A stretch of DNA of 64,000 nt from Gammaproteobacteria bacterium (GTDB lineage Bacteria > Pseudomonadota > Gammaproteobacteria > Eutrophobiales > Eutrophobiaceae). The translations under genes and the position numbers were made by a program. Shown one piece after another: positions 47,181-56,450 of the stretch; within the stretch, counting starts at the first letter, position 1, and every line of letters starts with the position of its first letter. The notes below the pieces were generated by a model. The model was given only the letters and a program-made list of their open reading frames with translations, did no database searches and had not been told where the DNA came from. The stretch is taken from assembly GCA_963422205.2 (NCBI GenBank), contig CAXMWX010000005.1, positions 544,001 through 608,000 on the forward strand, read 5' to 3'.

Positions 47181-47987
47181 ACGCCGGGCCAGCGATTTTA
47201 ATATCGCAATGCGTTCGGTGGATGAGGGATGTGTGCCGACAAATCCACCTTGGCGATGTTTCTGTGATTTATACAATAATTCCTGTAACCTGACGGCGGC
47301 TTGGGGTTCAAACCCGGCCTCAACCATCCAGACTGTACCGATATAATCGGCCTCACGCTCATTCTCCCGGCTGTAGCGGGTGGCCTCGGCCGTGCGCCAG
47401 GACGATGCCGTCCGGCGGCTTTTTTGCCTTGCCTCCTCGCCATGATCAAGCACGATATGGCCCAACTCATGGCCGATCAAAGCAGCCGCCATGTGCATAT
47501 CATCACCCAGCATATCCAGCATGGCAAAATTGATACCGATCAGGTTTATCTCAACCGCCTCATCATCCTCAGCAACCTTGCCCGGCGGGCCGCCTGTTGT
47601 CCTGGCCATCACGCCGGAACCGCTGGCCTGCTGCTCACGTTTTTTTGCCATCTCCTGCTCTGTGAGTAACCGGCCCTTGACCTTGGTGGCAAAGGCATTC
47701 GGCGCCTGGCCATCGACAATCACCAGCATGGCATTGACCTCAGCAGCCTTTTCGATCCCCTTCAAGGCCGCATAAATACGCAGCAACTGCCGGGTGGGCA
47801 AGGTCTTCAGCAAGCGTCCTTTATCATCATGCAGATCAACCGTATCACCATCGCTCGCCAGCAGGTCACGCACATCCCAGGTGTAAGTGAACGGCGCAGC
47901 TGAGACGATATTGACCGACAGTAATGAGACGATGCAAAGAACAAGCCATCGGTGCTGATATGTTTTTTTACGCTGACATGTACGCAT
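47169..47987 (-). CDS. M48 family metallopeptidase, exported
   Basis: Signal-like N-terminus, PNAFA, AALIGHELGH, YSRENEREAD..G, AGF.P.AA, THPSS.ERI. Confidence 0.9.
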   Translation of the reverse strand: MRTCQRKKTYQHRWLVLCIVSLLSVNIVSAAPFTYTWDVRDLLASDGDTVDLHDDKGRLLKTLPTRQLLRIYAALKGIEKAAEVNAMLVIVDGQAPNAFATKVKGRLLTEQEMAKKREQQASGSGVMARTTGGPPGKVAEDDEAVEINLIGINFAMLDMLGDDMHMAAALIGHELGHIVLDHGEEARQKSRRTASSWRTAEATRYSRENEREADYIGTVWMVEAGFEPQAAVRLQELLYKSQKHRQGGFVGTHPSSTERIAILKSLARRLSR

Positions 47988-48288
47988 AGCTTTACCCTGA
48001 TAGAGATAAACCGCCGCTATCCACTGGGACGATACGGCAACTGTTTAGTTTCAGCAAGCCAGCAGATACCCGGCAACACCCGCCTGCCCCCCTTGGCCTT
48101 GCAACATGGTTATTTTAATATACACAAAAACAACCAGTTACAGCAGGCTTGCAAGTCATCTGCAAATGCCCGATATTAAGCCGCTTAATCAAGGCAAAAG
48201 ACAACCCGCCTCGCCCAGGACAGGCCGGGGAACATTATGCCGCCGCCACTATCGAAAACCATAAGGCTGTATGGCAGACACAGACAAG

Positions 48289-49074
48289 ATGAATACCAGC
48301 ACAAAACCCCTGAAAATTGCCATGGGGATCGTGATCGCAGGCATCGGCTTGTCTGCCTGTGTGAGTACGCCCACCAGGCCCCCCACCTCCAGCACGAGCG
48401 AACTCTCCGGGCCGCCGCAGGCATCAGGCAAACAGACAGACAGCGAGGCCACCGCCGAACAACACACCACGGCAACACCGCCAGCGCAACCCCAGACCCA
48501 GCCCTCCGCTGAACACACGGACAACACCGCCGCCAGCAGCCGGACAGATGATGAAATTCTGGCAGAGGCGCTTGAAGTCTTTGCCGGGCAATCCAAAGAC
48601 ATGGACGGGGACATGGGCGGCGACCCGCCCGGCAGTGCGAACACAGAAGCCGAAAAAACCGAGCAGCTTGATGAGGAGTTAAATGATCGGTTTGCCGAAT
48701 TCGATCGCCTGATGTTAAAGAAACGCCAGGCAGTGCAAGCCGAGGCTAACCGTGAGGGCAGCGGTCGCCGCATGGACCTGGGCAATGGTTCGGGCAGCAA
48801 CGGCGTATTCGGCGATGAGGATGGCGACATGGACGCCCTGCACAGCGCCAATGCCCGCCCGTCACGGCCATCGCAAGACAGCCGCCAGCGCCATGGCAAT
48901 GAGCCTGTCGCTGCCGATGTGCAAAGCGAAAGTCACGTGCCGGAAGATCTCGCCAGTACGGAAGGTGATGATGTGATCGCCCGGCAGTTGCGCGAGGCGG
49001 CAATGAAAGAACCTGATCCGGAATTACGGGAGAAACTGTGGGATGAATACCGTAAATACAAAAAGAGCCTGTGA
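48289..49074 (+). CDS. Hypothetical lipoprotein; low-complexity acidic body and an ordered C-terminal motif
   Basis: Lipobox LSAC, C-terminal DDVIARQLREAAMKEPDPELREKLWDEYRKYK. First gene of the cluster (start 48271 or 48289). Confidence 0.8.
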   Translation: MNTSTKPLKIAMGIVIAGIGLSACVSTPTRPPTSSTSELSGPPQASGKQTDSEATAEQHTTATPPAQPQTQPSAEHTDNTAASSRTDDEILAEALEVFAGQSKDMDGDMGGDPPGSANTEAEKTEQLDEELNDRFAEFDRLMLKKRQAVQAEANREGSGRRMDLGNGSGSNGVFGDEDGDMDALHSANARPSRPSQDSRQRHGNEPVAADVQSESHVPEDLASTEGDDVIARQLREAAMKEPDPELREKLWDEYRKYKKSL

Positions 49075-49075
49075 G

Positions 49076-50275
49076 ATGAATGTTGCCAACACGCTGCCCG
49101 CCGTGCTGCTGTTGTTTGCCGGCCTGGTGCTGTCCGGTTGTAACTCCACCACGGTCAAGACCACCGCACACGAGCAAGTGATCACCGCCAATGACAGCCT
49201 GCCGGAAGACCTTATCCTTGATGTCGGCATAGGTATTTTTAATCCGGGCGTGGATAGCCTGAGCGCCAGAGAGGAAGGCGTGTACCCGCAGATCCGAAAG
49301 GCCGAGGCCCGTTACATGCCCCGCCTCATGCAACAGACCCTGCAACAAACGGGCAACTGGGGCGCTGTGCGGGTGATCCCTGAGCGCCTGAGCGAGATGG
49401 ATGTCTGGGTGGATGCCGAAATTCTCAGATCCGATGGTGAAAACCTCTGGTTACAGGTGCAGGTGCAAGATGCCAGCGGGCGGGTGTGGTTCAATAGAAA
49501 ATACACCGAACAAGCGAGTAAATTTTCATACGATACCGCCATCGGCGGACGCGTGGAGCCTTTCCAGGGGCTGTATAACAAAGTCGCCAACGACATGCTG
49601 CAATACCGTCGGCAGTTGAGTTTCAATGAACTGCAAACCATACGCACAGTGGCTGAATTGAAGTTTGCCAAGGCGTTCACTCCGGCGTTGTACAACGGGC
49701 ATCTGCAAGCCGACAAGCGCGGGCGGTACAGTATCACCCGCCTGCCAGCGGCGGGTGATCCGGTGTTTGCGCGGCTGCGGCAGATCCGGGAGCGCGACCA
49801 TATCTTCGTTGATACATTGCAGCAATACTATGACTCTTTTTACCGCCAGATGGAGGTGCCCTACCGGGAATGGCGTGAAGCCTTCTACATAGAAAATGCG
49901 GCCTTGAAAGAAGTGCGCTCACAGGCAAATGCCCGCCTGATTGGCGGTCTGCTGGCCGTTGCTGCCGGCATCCTCGCCCAGGGCAGCGGCAGCCGCACAG
50001 CACGCTCGGCCGGGGCGGTTGGCATCGGTGCGGGCGCCCTGGCTGTGCAAAGCGGCTTGGGCAAACGCCAGGAAGCCAAGATTCACGTTGAGGCGCTGGC
50101 AGAAATTTCAGACTCCCTGAATGCGGAGATCGAGCCACACACAGTGACGCTGGAAGATCGCACAGTGACGCTGACCGGCACAGTAAAAGAACAATATCAG
50201 CAATGGCGTCAGCTATTAAAAGCCATCTACCACAGCGAAACCGGACTGGCAAGTACGCCGCCAGATCAACGGTAG
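49076..50275 (+). CDS. Hypothetical lipoprotein with a glycine-zipper-like segment
   Basis: Lipobox LSGC, segment LIGGLLAVAAGILAQGSGS..AGAVGIGAGALAV. Starts 1 bp after the upstream stop. Confidence 0.85.
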   Translation: MNVANTLPAVLLLFAGLVLSGCNSTTVKTTAHEQVITANDSLPEDLILDVGIGIFNPGVDSLSAREEGVYPQIRKAEARYMPRLMQQTLQQTGNWGAVRVIPERLSEMDVWVDAEILRSDGENLWLQVQVQDASGRVWFNRKYTEQASKFSYDTAIGGRVEPFQGLYNKVANDMLQYRRQLSFNELQTIRTVAELKFAKAFTPALYNGHLQADKRGRYSITRLPAAGDPVFARLRQIRERDHIFVDTLQQYYDSFYRQMEVPYREWREAFYIENAALKEVRSQANARLIGGLLAVAAGILAQGSGSRTARSAGAVGIGAGALAVQSGLGKRQEAKIHVEALAEISDSLNAEIEPHTVTLEDRTVTLTGTVKEQYQQWRQLLKAIYHSETGLASTPPDQR

Positions 50276-50429
50276 ATGCAGGCACAGCCGGACCGGATGG
50301 ACATATCCTGCCCGGCTTGAATGCGCGCTGGCGGCCACGGCTTCCCGAACTTCACGCCGCCTGACCGATACCGGCACTGTCACAGACGAGCGCCGGATTC
50401 AGGCACTGCTTTGAAAAAAATACGCTTCC

Positions 50430-51992
50430 ATGACAAACGCTAATCAGACAAATTCCGGCGTAAGAAAAATTACCCCTGTCAGCATCAAGCCAGGCAACCC
50501 ATCTCACATAGCCGCCGCACAGGCAGACAAACCCATAGCCGCCAACACGCTGTTGCTGGTGATGTTGCCGGTGGTATTTCTGGCCGCATTGGCGGTGATC
50601 TTTGTCCTGCCAGCGATGATCAGCACGCCTGAAACACAGGCCCCCGCTATCGGCCAGCAGCAGGATGATACACCTGCCAAAAATACCGCGGCGACTCGCA
50701 ACCCCGCCGACAGAGCGGCGGCGGCCATATCTCCATGGGAGATGGCACAACAAAGCGAATTACGCAAGCAAACCCAGCATATCCTGGCCGAGATGCTGGA
50801 AGCACAGCAAACCCTGACGGCAAAAGGCGTTGAGGTCTGGGCGAGCGCAGATTATGCCCGGGCGATGCAACACGCCGAAGCAGGCGATCAGCACTACAGC
50901 AAGCAGGACTTCAGCACCGCAAAGACAGAATACAGCCAGGCCCTGGCCATCTTCTCAACGCTACTGGAACGTGTCGATACCCTGTTTGCCGAGGCGCTGC
51001 TTGCCGGACAGCAGGCCCTGCTTGCAGGTGATGCCATTGCCGCCCACACCGCATTCGATCGGGCCCTGCTCATTGATCCCATCGATCGAAAAGCACTGGC
51101 AGGCAAGGCAAGGGCTGAGAACATAGCCGAGGTGTTTGCCCTGCTAAGGCAGGGCGAGGATCTGTTGCAGGAAGACAAACTCTCCGAAGCAAAGGCTTAT
51201 TTTCAACAAGCCTATACCCTGGATAACGCACTGCCGGTGGCGGCCGAGAGGATCCAACACGTGGATGCGTTGATAGAAAACCGCAAGTTCAGCAAGGCCA
51301 TGTCGGCGGGTTTTCAGCAGTTGCAGAATAATCATCTGCAACAGGCACGGCAATCTTTCTCCGATGCCCTTCGCATCTCGCCGAACTCCAAGGATGCCAT
51401 TGCCGCCCTGAACCAGACCAGACACAAGATCACAGCCAATAACATCGCCAGGTTGATGCAACAGGCGAGGGAGCATGAACATAACGAGCAGTGGCCAGAG
51501 GCGCTGGAGAATTATCAAGCGGCCTTAAAACTCGATGCCAATCTTTTGAGCGCACAACAAGGCATCAGCCGGGCACAGCTCTGGGCGGACATTCACAAAA
51601 AAATGACCCAGATTCTCACCCGACCTGAGCGCCTGTATGATCCGGCGGTATTCGCTGAGACGACAACCTTTCTCGCCAATATCAAGCAAGTCGCTGCACC
51701 GGGCGAGAAATTCAAGGCCAAGCTCGCCCGCTTGACCACGGCAATTGCCAGGGCCGGTAGCCCGGTCCCGGTGCGTTTGCAGTCCGACAACAAAACGCAG
51801 ATCAACCTGTATAAAGTGGGGGAGTTAGGCCAGTTTGCCGATAAAGAGCTGGTACTGCGCCCCGGCAGGTATGTCGCTGTGGGGCAGCGGGAGGGCTATC
51901 GTGATGTCAGGGTGGAATTTTTTGTTGAACCCGATAAAGCCATCGAGCCGATCGTGATCGTCTCGCAGGAAAAAATAGCGCTCAGCAAATAG
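50430..51992 (+). CDS. Membrane-anchored TPR protein with a C-terminal PEGA-like beta domain
   Basis: One N-terminal TM segment, TPR-type repeats (AFDRALLIDP, FQQAYTLD, FSDALRISP, YQAALKLD), C-terminal LRPGRYVAVG.REGYRDVR. Confidence 0.8.
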   Translation: MTNANQTNSGVRKITPVSIKPGNPSHIAAAQADKPIAANTLLLVMLPVVFLAALAVIFVLPAMISTPETQAPAIGQQQDDTPAKNTAATRNPADRAAAAISPWEMAQQSELRKQTQHILAEMLEAQQTLTAKGVEVWASADYARAMQHAEAGDQHYSKQDFSTAKTEYSQALAIFSTLLERVDTLFAEALLAGQQALLAGDAIAAHTAFDRALLIDPIDRKALAGKARAENIAEVFALLRQGEDLLQEDKLSEAKAYFQQAYTLDNALPVAAERIQHVDALIENRKFSKAMSAGFQQLQNNHLQQARQSFSDALRISPNSKDAIAALNQTRHKITANNIARLMQQAREHEHNEQWPEALENYQAALKLDANLLSAQQGISRAQLWADIHKKMTQILTRPERLYDPAVFAETTTFLANIKQVAAPGEKFKAKLARLTTAIARAGSPVPVRLQSDNKTQINLYKVGELGQFADKELVLRPGRYVAVGQREGYRDVRVEFFVEPDKAIEPIVIVSQEKIALSK

Positions 51993-52014
51993 GCCGCCAT
52001 TGCTCAACACACGT

Positions 52015-54102
52015 ATGACTGTGGATACCAAACACACTCACGACAGGCAACGCACCGCATCAAGGCAGATAACACCGGCAAAATTTATCCCCCAGGAAAA
52101 CTTGCTGGGCAACAGGCAAGGGCGGTGGCGTATTAACAGGCCGCTGGTGCTGATCTCTGCCGCCCTGTTACTCATTGCCAGCATCGTGTTTTTTCTGCTG
52201 ACGGCGAAGGCCATCCACATAGAAACCGAGCCAGCGCAAAGTGATATAACCATCGCCAGCCGGCTGATGTTCAAGCTGGGCACAAGCTACCTGCTGCTCC
52301 CCGGCGAGCATAAGATAGCGCTGGCCGCCCCTGGCTATTACGACCTTGAAGAGAGCCTGGTTGTCGGCAGTAAGGGTCAGCAAAAATTCTTCTTTCAGTT
52401 GGACAAGCTGCCCGGCAGCTTAAAGGTAGAGACGGGTGCGCTAACCGGTGCTGAGGTCTTGCTTGATGGTGAGCGCAAGGGAAAGACACCGGTGGTGATT
52501 AACGCACTACCAGCCGGCAGGTATAAAATCGATATTCTCCTGGAGGGTTATCTTCCTCACACAGAGGAAGTTGACCTGAAAGGATTAGGCAAAGAGAACC
52601 ACCTGAAGGCGGAGTTGCTGCCCGCCTGGGCCGAAGTCAGCTTTACCTCCCGGCCTGAAAATGCCGAGTTGTATGTTGACGATACGCTGATCGGCCAGAC
52701 TCCCTTAACCACCAATATCATGCAGGGACAGCACACAGCCAGTGTAAGACGGCGTGGGTATAAGCAATGGCAGCGCACCCTCAAGGTGACGGCGGGGGAG
52801 GCGCAGCGCTTCGATGAGATTACGCTGGCACCGGCCGATGCCACGGTGGTATTGCAGTCGAAGCCCAGTGCCGCCAGCGTCACTGTCGATGGTAACTACC
52901 AGGGCTTAACGCCGATTGAGTTTGCCGTCACGCCCGATACAACTGCCCGGATCAGCCTGTTCAAGCAGGGCTACAAACCGGCAGCACACACAGTCAAACT
53001 GGCATCCGGTGAGCAAAAGCACGTCACGATCACGCTGGCTGCCCGCCTGGTCGAGATCGTGTTCAGCGTTGAACCGGCCGATGCCGAACTGTATATCAAC
53101 GGCAAGCGGCAAGCGGCGGCAAACACCCGCATTCAACTGCCCGCCCGCCAGCATAACATGGAAGTAAAACGTGACGGCTATGTCACGGTGAGCAAAAACA
53201 TATCACCGCACAGCGGGCTGGTGCAGCACGTGCGTGTGCGGCTGAAGTCATTGCAGGAGGTGAAGCGGGAATCCGTACAACCCATCATCAAGACCTCTGC
53301 CGGCCAGACGCTTAAATTATTCAGGCCCGGCGAGTTCACGGCCGGTGCCTCACGCCGGGAGCCAGGCCGGCAGGCCAATGAAACCCTGCAAAAGATCCGG
53401 CTGGGACGAGCGTTTTATATGAGCCTGCATGAAGTCACCAATGCACAGTACAAGCTGTTCAAACCCGGCCATTCAGCCGGCCGGATACAGGGTCACTCAC
53501 TGGATCAGGGCAGCCACCCGGTCACCAGGGTAAGCTGGCAGGATGCCGCAAAATACTGCAACTGGCTTAGCCGCCAGGAGAAACTGACGTCTTTCTATGA
53601 GGAGAGTAACAGTAAGATTGTCGGTATAAACCCGGCTGCCGATGGCTATCGCCTGCCCACGGAAGCGGAGTGGGCCTGGGCTGCCCGTACCCGGGCTGAC
53701 AAGCCGATGTTGAAATTTCCCTGGGGCGGCCAGATGCCGCCGACAGAGAAGAGTGGTAACTTTGCCGATACCAGTTCGGCCAATTTTATTGGTAAGATCA
53801 TCGGCGGGTATAATGATGGCTTTCCGGTCACGGCACCTGTGGGCAGTTTCATGGCGAATGACAAGGGGCTGTTTGATATGGGCGGCAATGTCGCTGAATG
53901 GGTCAATGACTTCTATGATATCGCTGTCAGTCAAAAGACCGTCCTGCGTGATCCCTTAGGGCCGAAAAGCGGTGAGTTTTATGTTATCCGCGGCTCTGGC
54001 TGGGCACATGGAACGATTACCGAATTGCGTTTGTCTTACCGTGATTATGGTAGCGAGCCCAGGGACGATGTGGGCTTCAGGATTGCGCGATTTTTGGAGT
54101 GA
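52015..54102 (+). CDS. Membrane-anchored PEGA-repeat protein with a C-terminal FGE-sulfatase (SUMF1/GldK-like) domain
   Basis: TM segment, several PEGA units (S.P..A.V.VDG...G.TP, ..GY), then HEVTNAQY, HPVTRVSWQDAAKYC.WLS, YRLPTEAEW, GLFDMGGNVAEW, GFRIAR. Confidence 0.9.
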   Translation: MTVDTKHTHDRQRTASRQITPAKFIPQENLLGNRQGRWRINRPLVLISAALLLIASIVFFLLTAKAIHIETEPAQSDITIASRLMFKLGTSYLLLPGEHKIALAAPGYYDLEESLVVGSKGQQKFFFQLDKLPGSLKVETGALTGAEVLLDGERKGKTPVVINALPAGRYKIDILLEGYLPHTEEVDLKGLGKENHLKAELLPAWAEVSFTSRPENAELYVDDTLIGQTPLTTNIMQGQHTASVRRRGYKQWQRTLKVTAGEAQRFDEITLAPADATVVLQSKPSAASVTVDGNYQGLTPIEFAVTPDTTARISLFKQGYKPAAHTVKLASGEQKHVTITLAARLVEIVFSVEPADAELYINGKRQAAANTRIQLPARQHNMEVKRDGYVTVSKNISPHSGLVQHVRVRLKSLQEVKRESVQPIIKTSAGQTLKLFRPGEFTAGASRREPGRQANETLQKIRLGRAFYMSLHEVTNAQYKLFKPGHSAGRIQGHSLDQGSHPVTRVSWQDAAKYCNWLSRQEKLTSFYEESNSKIVGINPAADGYRLPTEAEWAWAARTRADKPMLKFPWGGQMPPTEKSGNFADTSSANFIGKIIGGYNDGFPVTAPVGSFMANDKGLFDMGGNVAEWVNDFYDIAVSQKTVLRDPLGPKSGEFYVIRGSGWAHGTITELRLSYRDYGSEPRDDVGFRIARFLE

Positions 54103-54308
54103 AGATGCGAGATATTGTTTTTATCCTCTTACTGCTTGGCATGAGTCCATCGGCGGCGCAAAAGACCGCCGATCAGGATACAGACGAGAAAACCGATAAA
54201 AACACAGAGAAAACACAGGCAACAGAGCAGGAACGGCGGCCGGAGGTGTTCAATCCAACAGAACAACTCTCCGAAGACAAAGACATTTCTTTCCCCACGG
54301 ATATCTAG
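54099..54308 (+). CDS. Small exported hypothetical protein
   Basis: 69 aa, signal peptide, charged linker, tail FNPTEQLSEDKDISFPTDI. Overlaps the upstream stop and lies 2 bp before the ExbB-like gene. Confidence 0.7.
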   Translation: MKMRDIVFILLLLGMSPSAAQKTADQDTDEKTDKNTEKTQATEQERRPEVFNPTEQLSEDKDISFPTDI

Positions 54309-54310
54309 CG

Positions 54311-55114
54311 ATGTTAATGAAGCATAACCCGGTCTCGGATTTTCTCTACCAGCTATTTGCCCTGTTCATCTCCATCATCATTGTGCATGCTGTCTATGTC
54401 ACCCTCATCAGACCAAAAGCCGATGCCATACTCGAACAGCAGCGTAGCAGGCAGGAGGCAGGACAGAGTTATGAAATAAGGCGCTCGGTGTATATCGTCA
54501 TCAAAGACTTTGAACAGGAAGCCTGCTTTATTCTCGCCTTCTGGGTAAGTGCCATCATCGGCCTGAAGACCAAAATCGCCCTGCAGGAAAGAAGACTGCT
54601 GACACGCTCACTGCTCAAAGTAACGCCCGGCACCCGTATATTGCCACAGGATGCCCGACAGTATGCCAGACCCATACAGGCATTGGCTGAGGATGAGCGC
54701 GAATTTTTATTGCCGCGGGCCTTATTGGCGGCATTGCAACGGTTTGGCTCAACGGCCAATATTCAGGATGTCTCAACGGCAATACGTGAGACCTGTGAGA
54801 CTGAATCTGATCGGCTGGATTCTGAGTTGTCCATGGTGCGCTACATCATCTGGGCAATACCCTCTATCGGTTTCATCGGCACAGTCCGGGGGATTGGTGA
54901 AGCCCTGGGCCAGGCACACAAGGCCGTAGAAGGGGATATTGTCGGTGTGACAGTGAGCCTGGGGGTGGCGTTTAACTCAACCTTCATCGCCCTGATTATC
55001 AGCATTCTGATCATGTTTTTAATGCACCAGTTGCAGTTATTGCAGGAGCGCCTGGTGCTGGATACACAGAACTATTGTGATATAAATTTATTACGCCACC
55101 TGCAAGTACGCTGA
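54311..55114 (+). CDS. MotA/TolQ/ExbB proton channel family protein
   Basis: WAIPSIGFIGTVRGI and LGVAFNSTFIAL helices, plus N-terminal TM segments. Confidence 0.92.
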   Translation: MLMKHNPVSDFLYQLFALFISIIIVHAVYVTLIRPKADAILEQQRSRQEAGQSYEIRRSVYIVIKDFEQEACFILAFWVSAIIGLKTKIALQERRLLTRSLLKVTPGTRILPQDARQYARPIQALAEDEREFLLPRALLAALQRFGSTANIQDVSTAIRETCETESDRLDSELSMVRYIIWAIPSIGFIGTVRGIGEALGQAHKAVEGDIVGVTVSLGVAFNSTFIALIISILIMFLMHQLQLLQERLVLDTQNYCDINLLRHLQVR

Positions 55115-55127
55115 CGGAGAGAGGCAG

Positions 55128-56450
55128 GTGAGAGTGATAGCAGAGCTCAATGACAGCAACATCACTGTCGCAACGATCAGCCGAATCATTGCCATGAGTC
55201 CCGGTGTTGCGATCATACGGGATGATACCATTGAACTGGGACAGGCGGCAGCAGACAAGCTGCACTTGTATCCACAAAATGCACACACACGATTCTGGAG
55301 TGAGCTCAATCTGGATAGGTTAAAAATCACATCAGGGCTGGCACGCCACCATGCCGATCTTGCATTTGCCCATATCGGCTTGATCCATGAACTGGCTGGC
55401 AAGCCTGAAGAGCTGGTGCTGGCTGTGCCTGGCAGTTTCTCTGAGAAGCAATTATCGCTGCTGGCCGGCCTGCTTGAAGCCGCCCCGTTTCAGGTTACCT
55501 CCTTGGTCGATACTGCCGTGGCCGCCATTGCCAGCCATCCAATCGCCGGACATTGTCAATACGTTGATATCGTCTTGCATCAAATCGTGATTACCACCGT
55601 GGAAGTCACCGACAGGGTACGGCTGATAACAACACAGGTGCTGGATGATACCGGCCTCTCAGCGGTTTATGATAACTGTGCACAGGTGATTGCTGATCTG
55701 TTTATTGCCCAATCCAGGTTCGACCCATTGCACCATGCAGAGACCGAGCAACGATTGTATGACCGGCTGCCCCACTGCTTGCAGTCGCTAACGCAACAAG
55801 ACGAGACCGTATTCGTGATTGACTATCAGCAAACGCCTCATCAGGCCAAGGTAAAACAGCAGGCACTGGCGGCTGCCCTGGCCGGTATGTGTGATAAGCT
55901 GAACGCCGTCCTTAACCCCGACATGACCACTGTACTGAACAACAGAGTAGCGCTGATCCCGGGCCTGCAAACACAACTGGATGGGGCCGTTGTGCTTGAC
56001 AGTCACGCCGTGTTTGCCGGGGCCTGCCTGTTCCCGCTACCGGCCGCCGATGACAGTCATGTTAATTTTGTCACCGAAATACCGCTGGATACAGCCGCTG
56101 CCCCGGTGAGAACAACTGCCAGCACACCGGCCCCGTCTCAGCCAACAGCAAGCCCCCCTGCCGCCACACACCTGCTGATTGCACATGAGGCCCACCCGGT
56201 CACAGACCGGCCGCTTTATCTGCATCTAAATAACAACAGTTTAGCGCTCAGTGATAAAAAAGCAGCGACTAACTGCGTTTTTCAGCAACGCCAGGGAAGT
56301 ATCCAGCTTGCCTGTGATGCGGCGGCTGATATTACGATCAACGGACAGATGGTAACCGGCAATCACCGGCTGGTTTGCGGTGATATGATTCAAACAGTTG
56401 CAGGGCAGATAACAGCCATCCGCATCAAAGACGAACATGAGCCGACCTAA
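55128..56450 (+). CDS. Hypothetical protein: degenerate Hsp70/actin-like domain plus a C-terminal FHA-like domain
   Basis: SPGVAII..D.IELGQAA.....YPQN and LVLAVPGSFSEKQ...L...V..LVD.AVAA echo DnaK segments. Pro/Ala/Thr linker. ITINGQMV....RL.CGDMI tail. Confidence 0.6.
   Translation: MRVIAELNDSNITVATISRIIAMSPGVAIIRDDTIELGQAAADKLHLYPQNAHTRFWSELNLDRLKITSGLARHHADLAFAHIGLIHELAGKPEELVLAVPGSFSEKQLSLLAGLLEAAPFQVTSLVDTAVAAIASHPIAGHCQYVDIVLHQIVITTVEVTDRVRLITTQVLDDTGLSAVYDNCAQVIADLFIAQSRFDPLHHAETEQRLYDRLPHCLQSLTQQDETVFVIDYQQTPHQAKVKQQALAAALAGMCDKLNAVLNPDMTTVLNNRVALIPGLQTQLDGAVVLDSHAVFAGACLFPLPAADDSHVNFVTEIPLDTAAAPVRTTASTPAPSQPTASPPAATHLLIAHEAHPVTDRPLYLHLNNNSLALSDKKAATNCVFQQRQGSIQLACDAAADITINGQMVTGNHRLVCGDMIQTVAGQITAIRIKDEHEPT

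Noticed and set aside
53300-54102. FGE/CLec-fold C-terminus as the target of a diversity-generating retroelement
   Set aside because: I found no reverse transcriptase and no near-duplicate template repeat of the 3' end in the window. A remote DGR cannot be excluded, but nothing here supports it.
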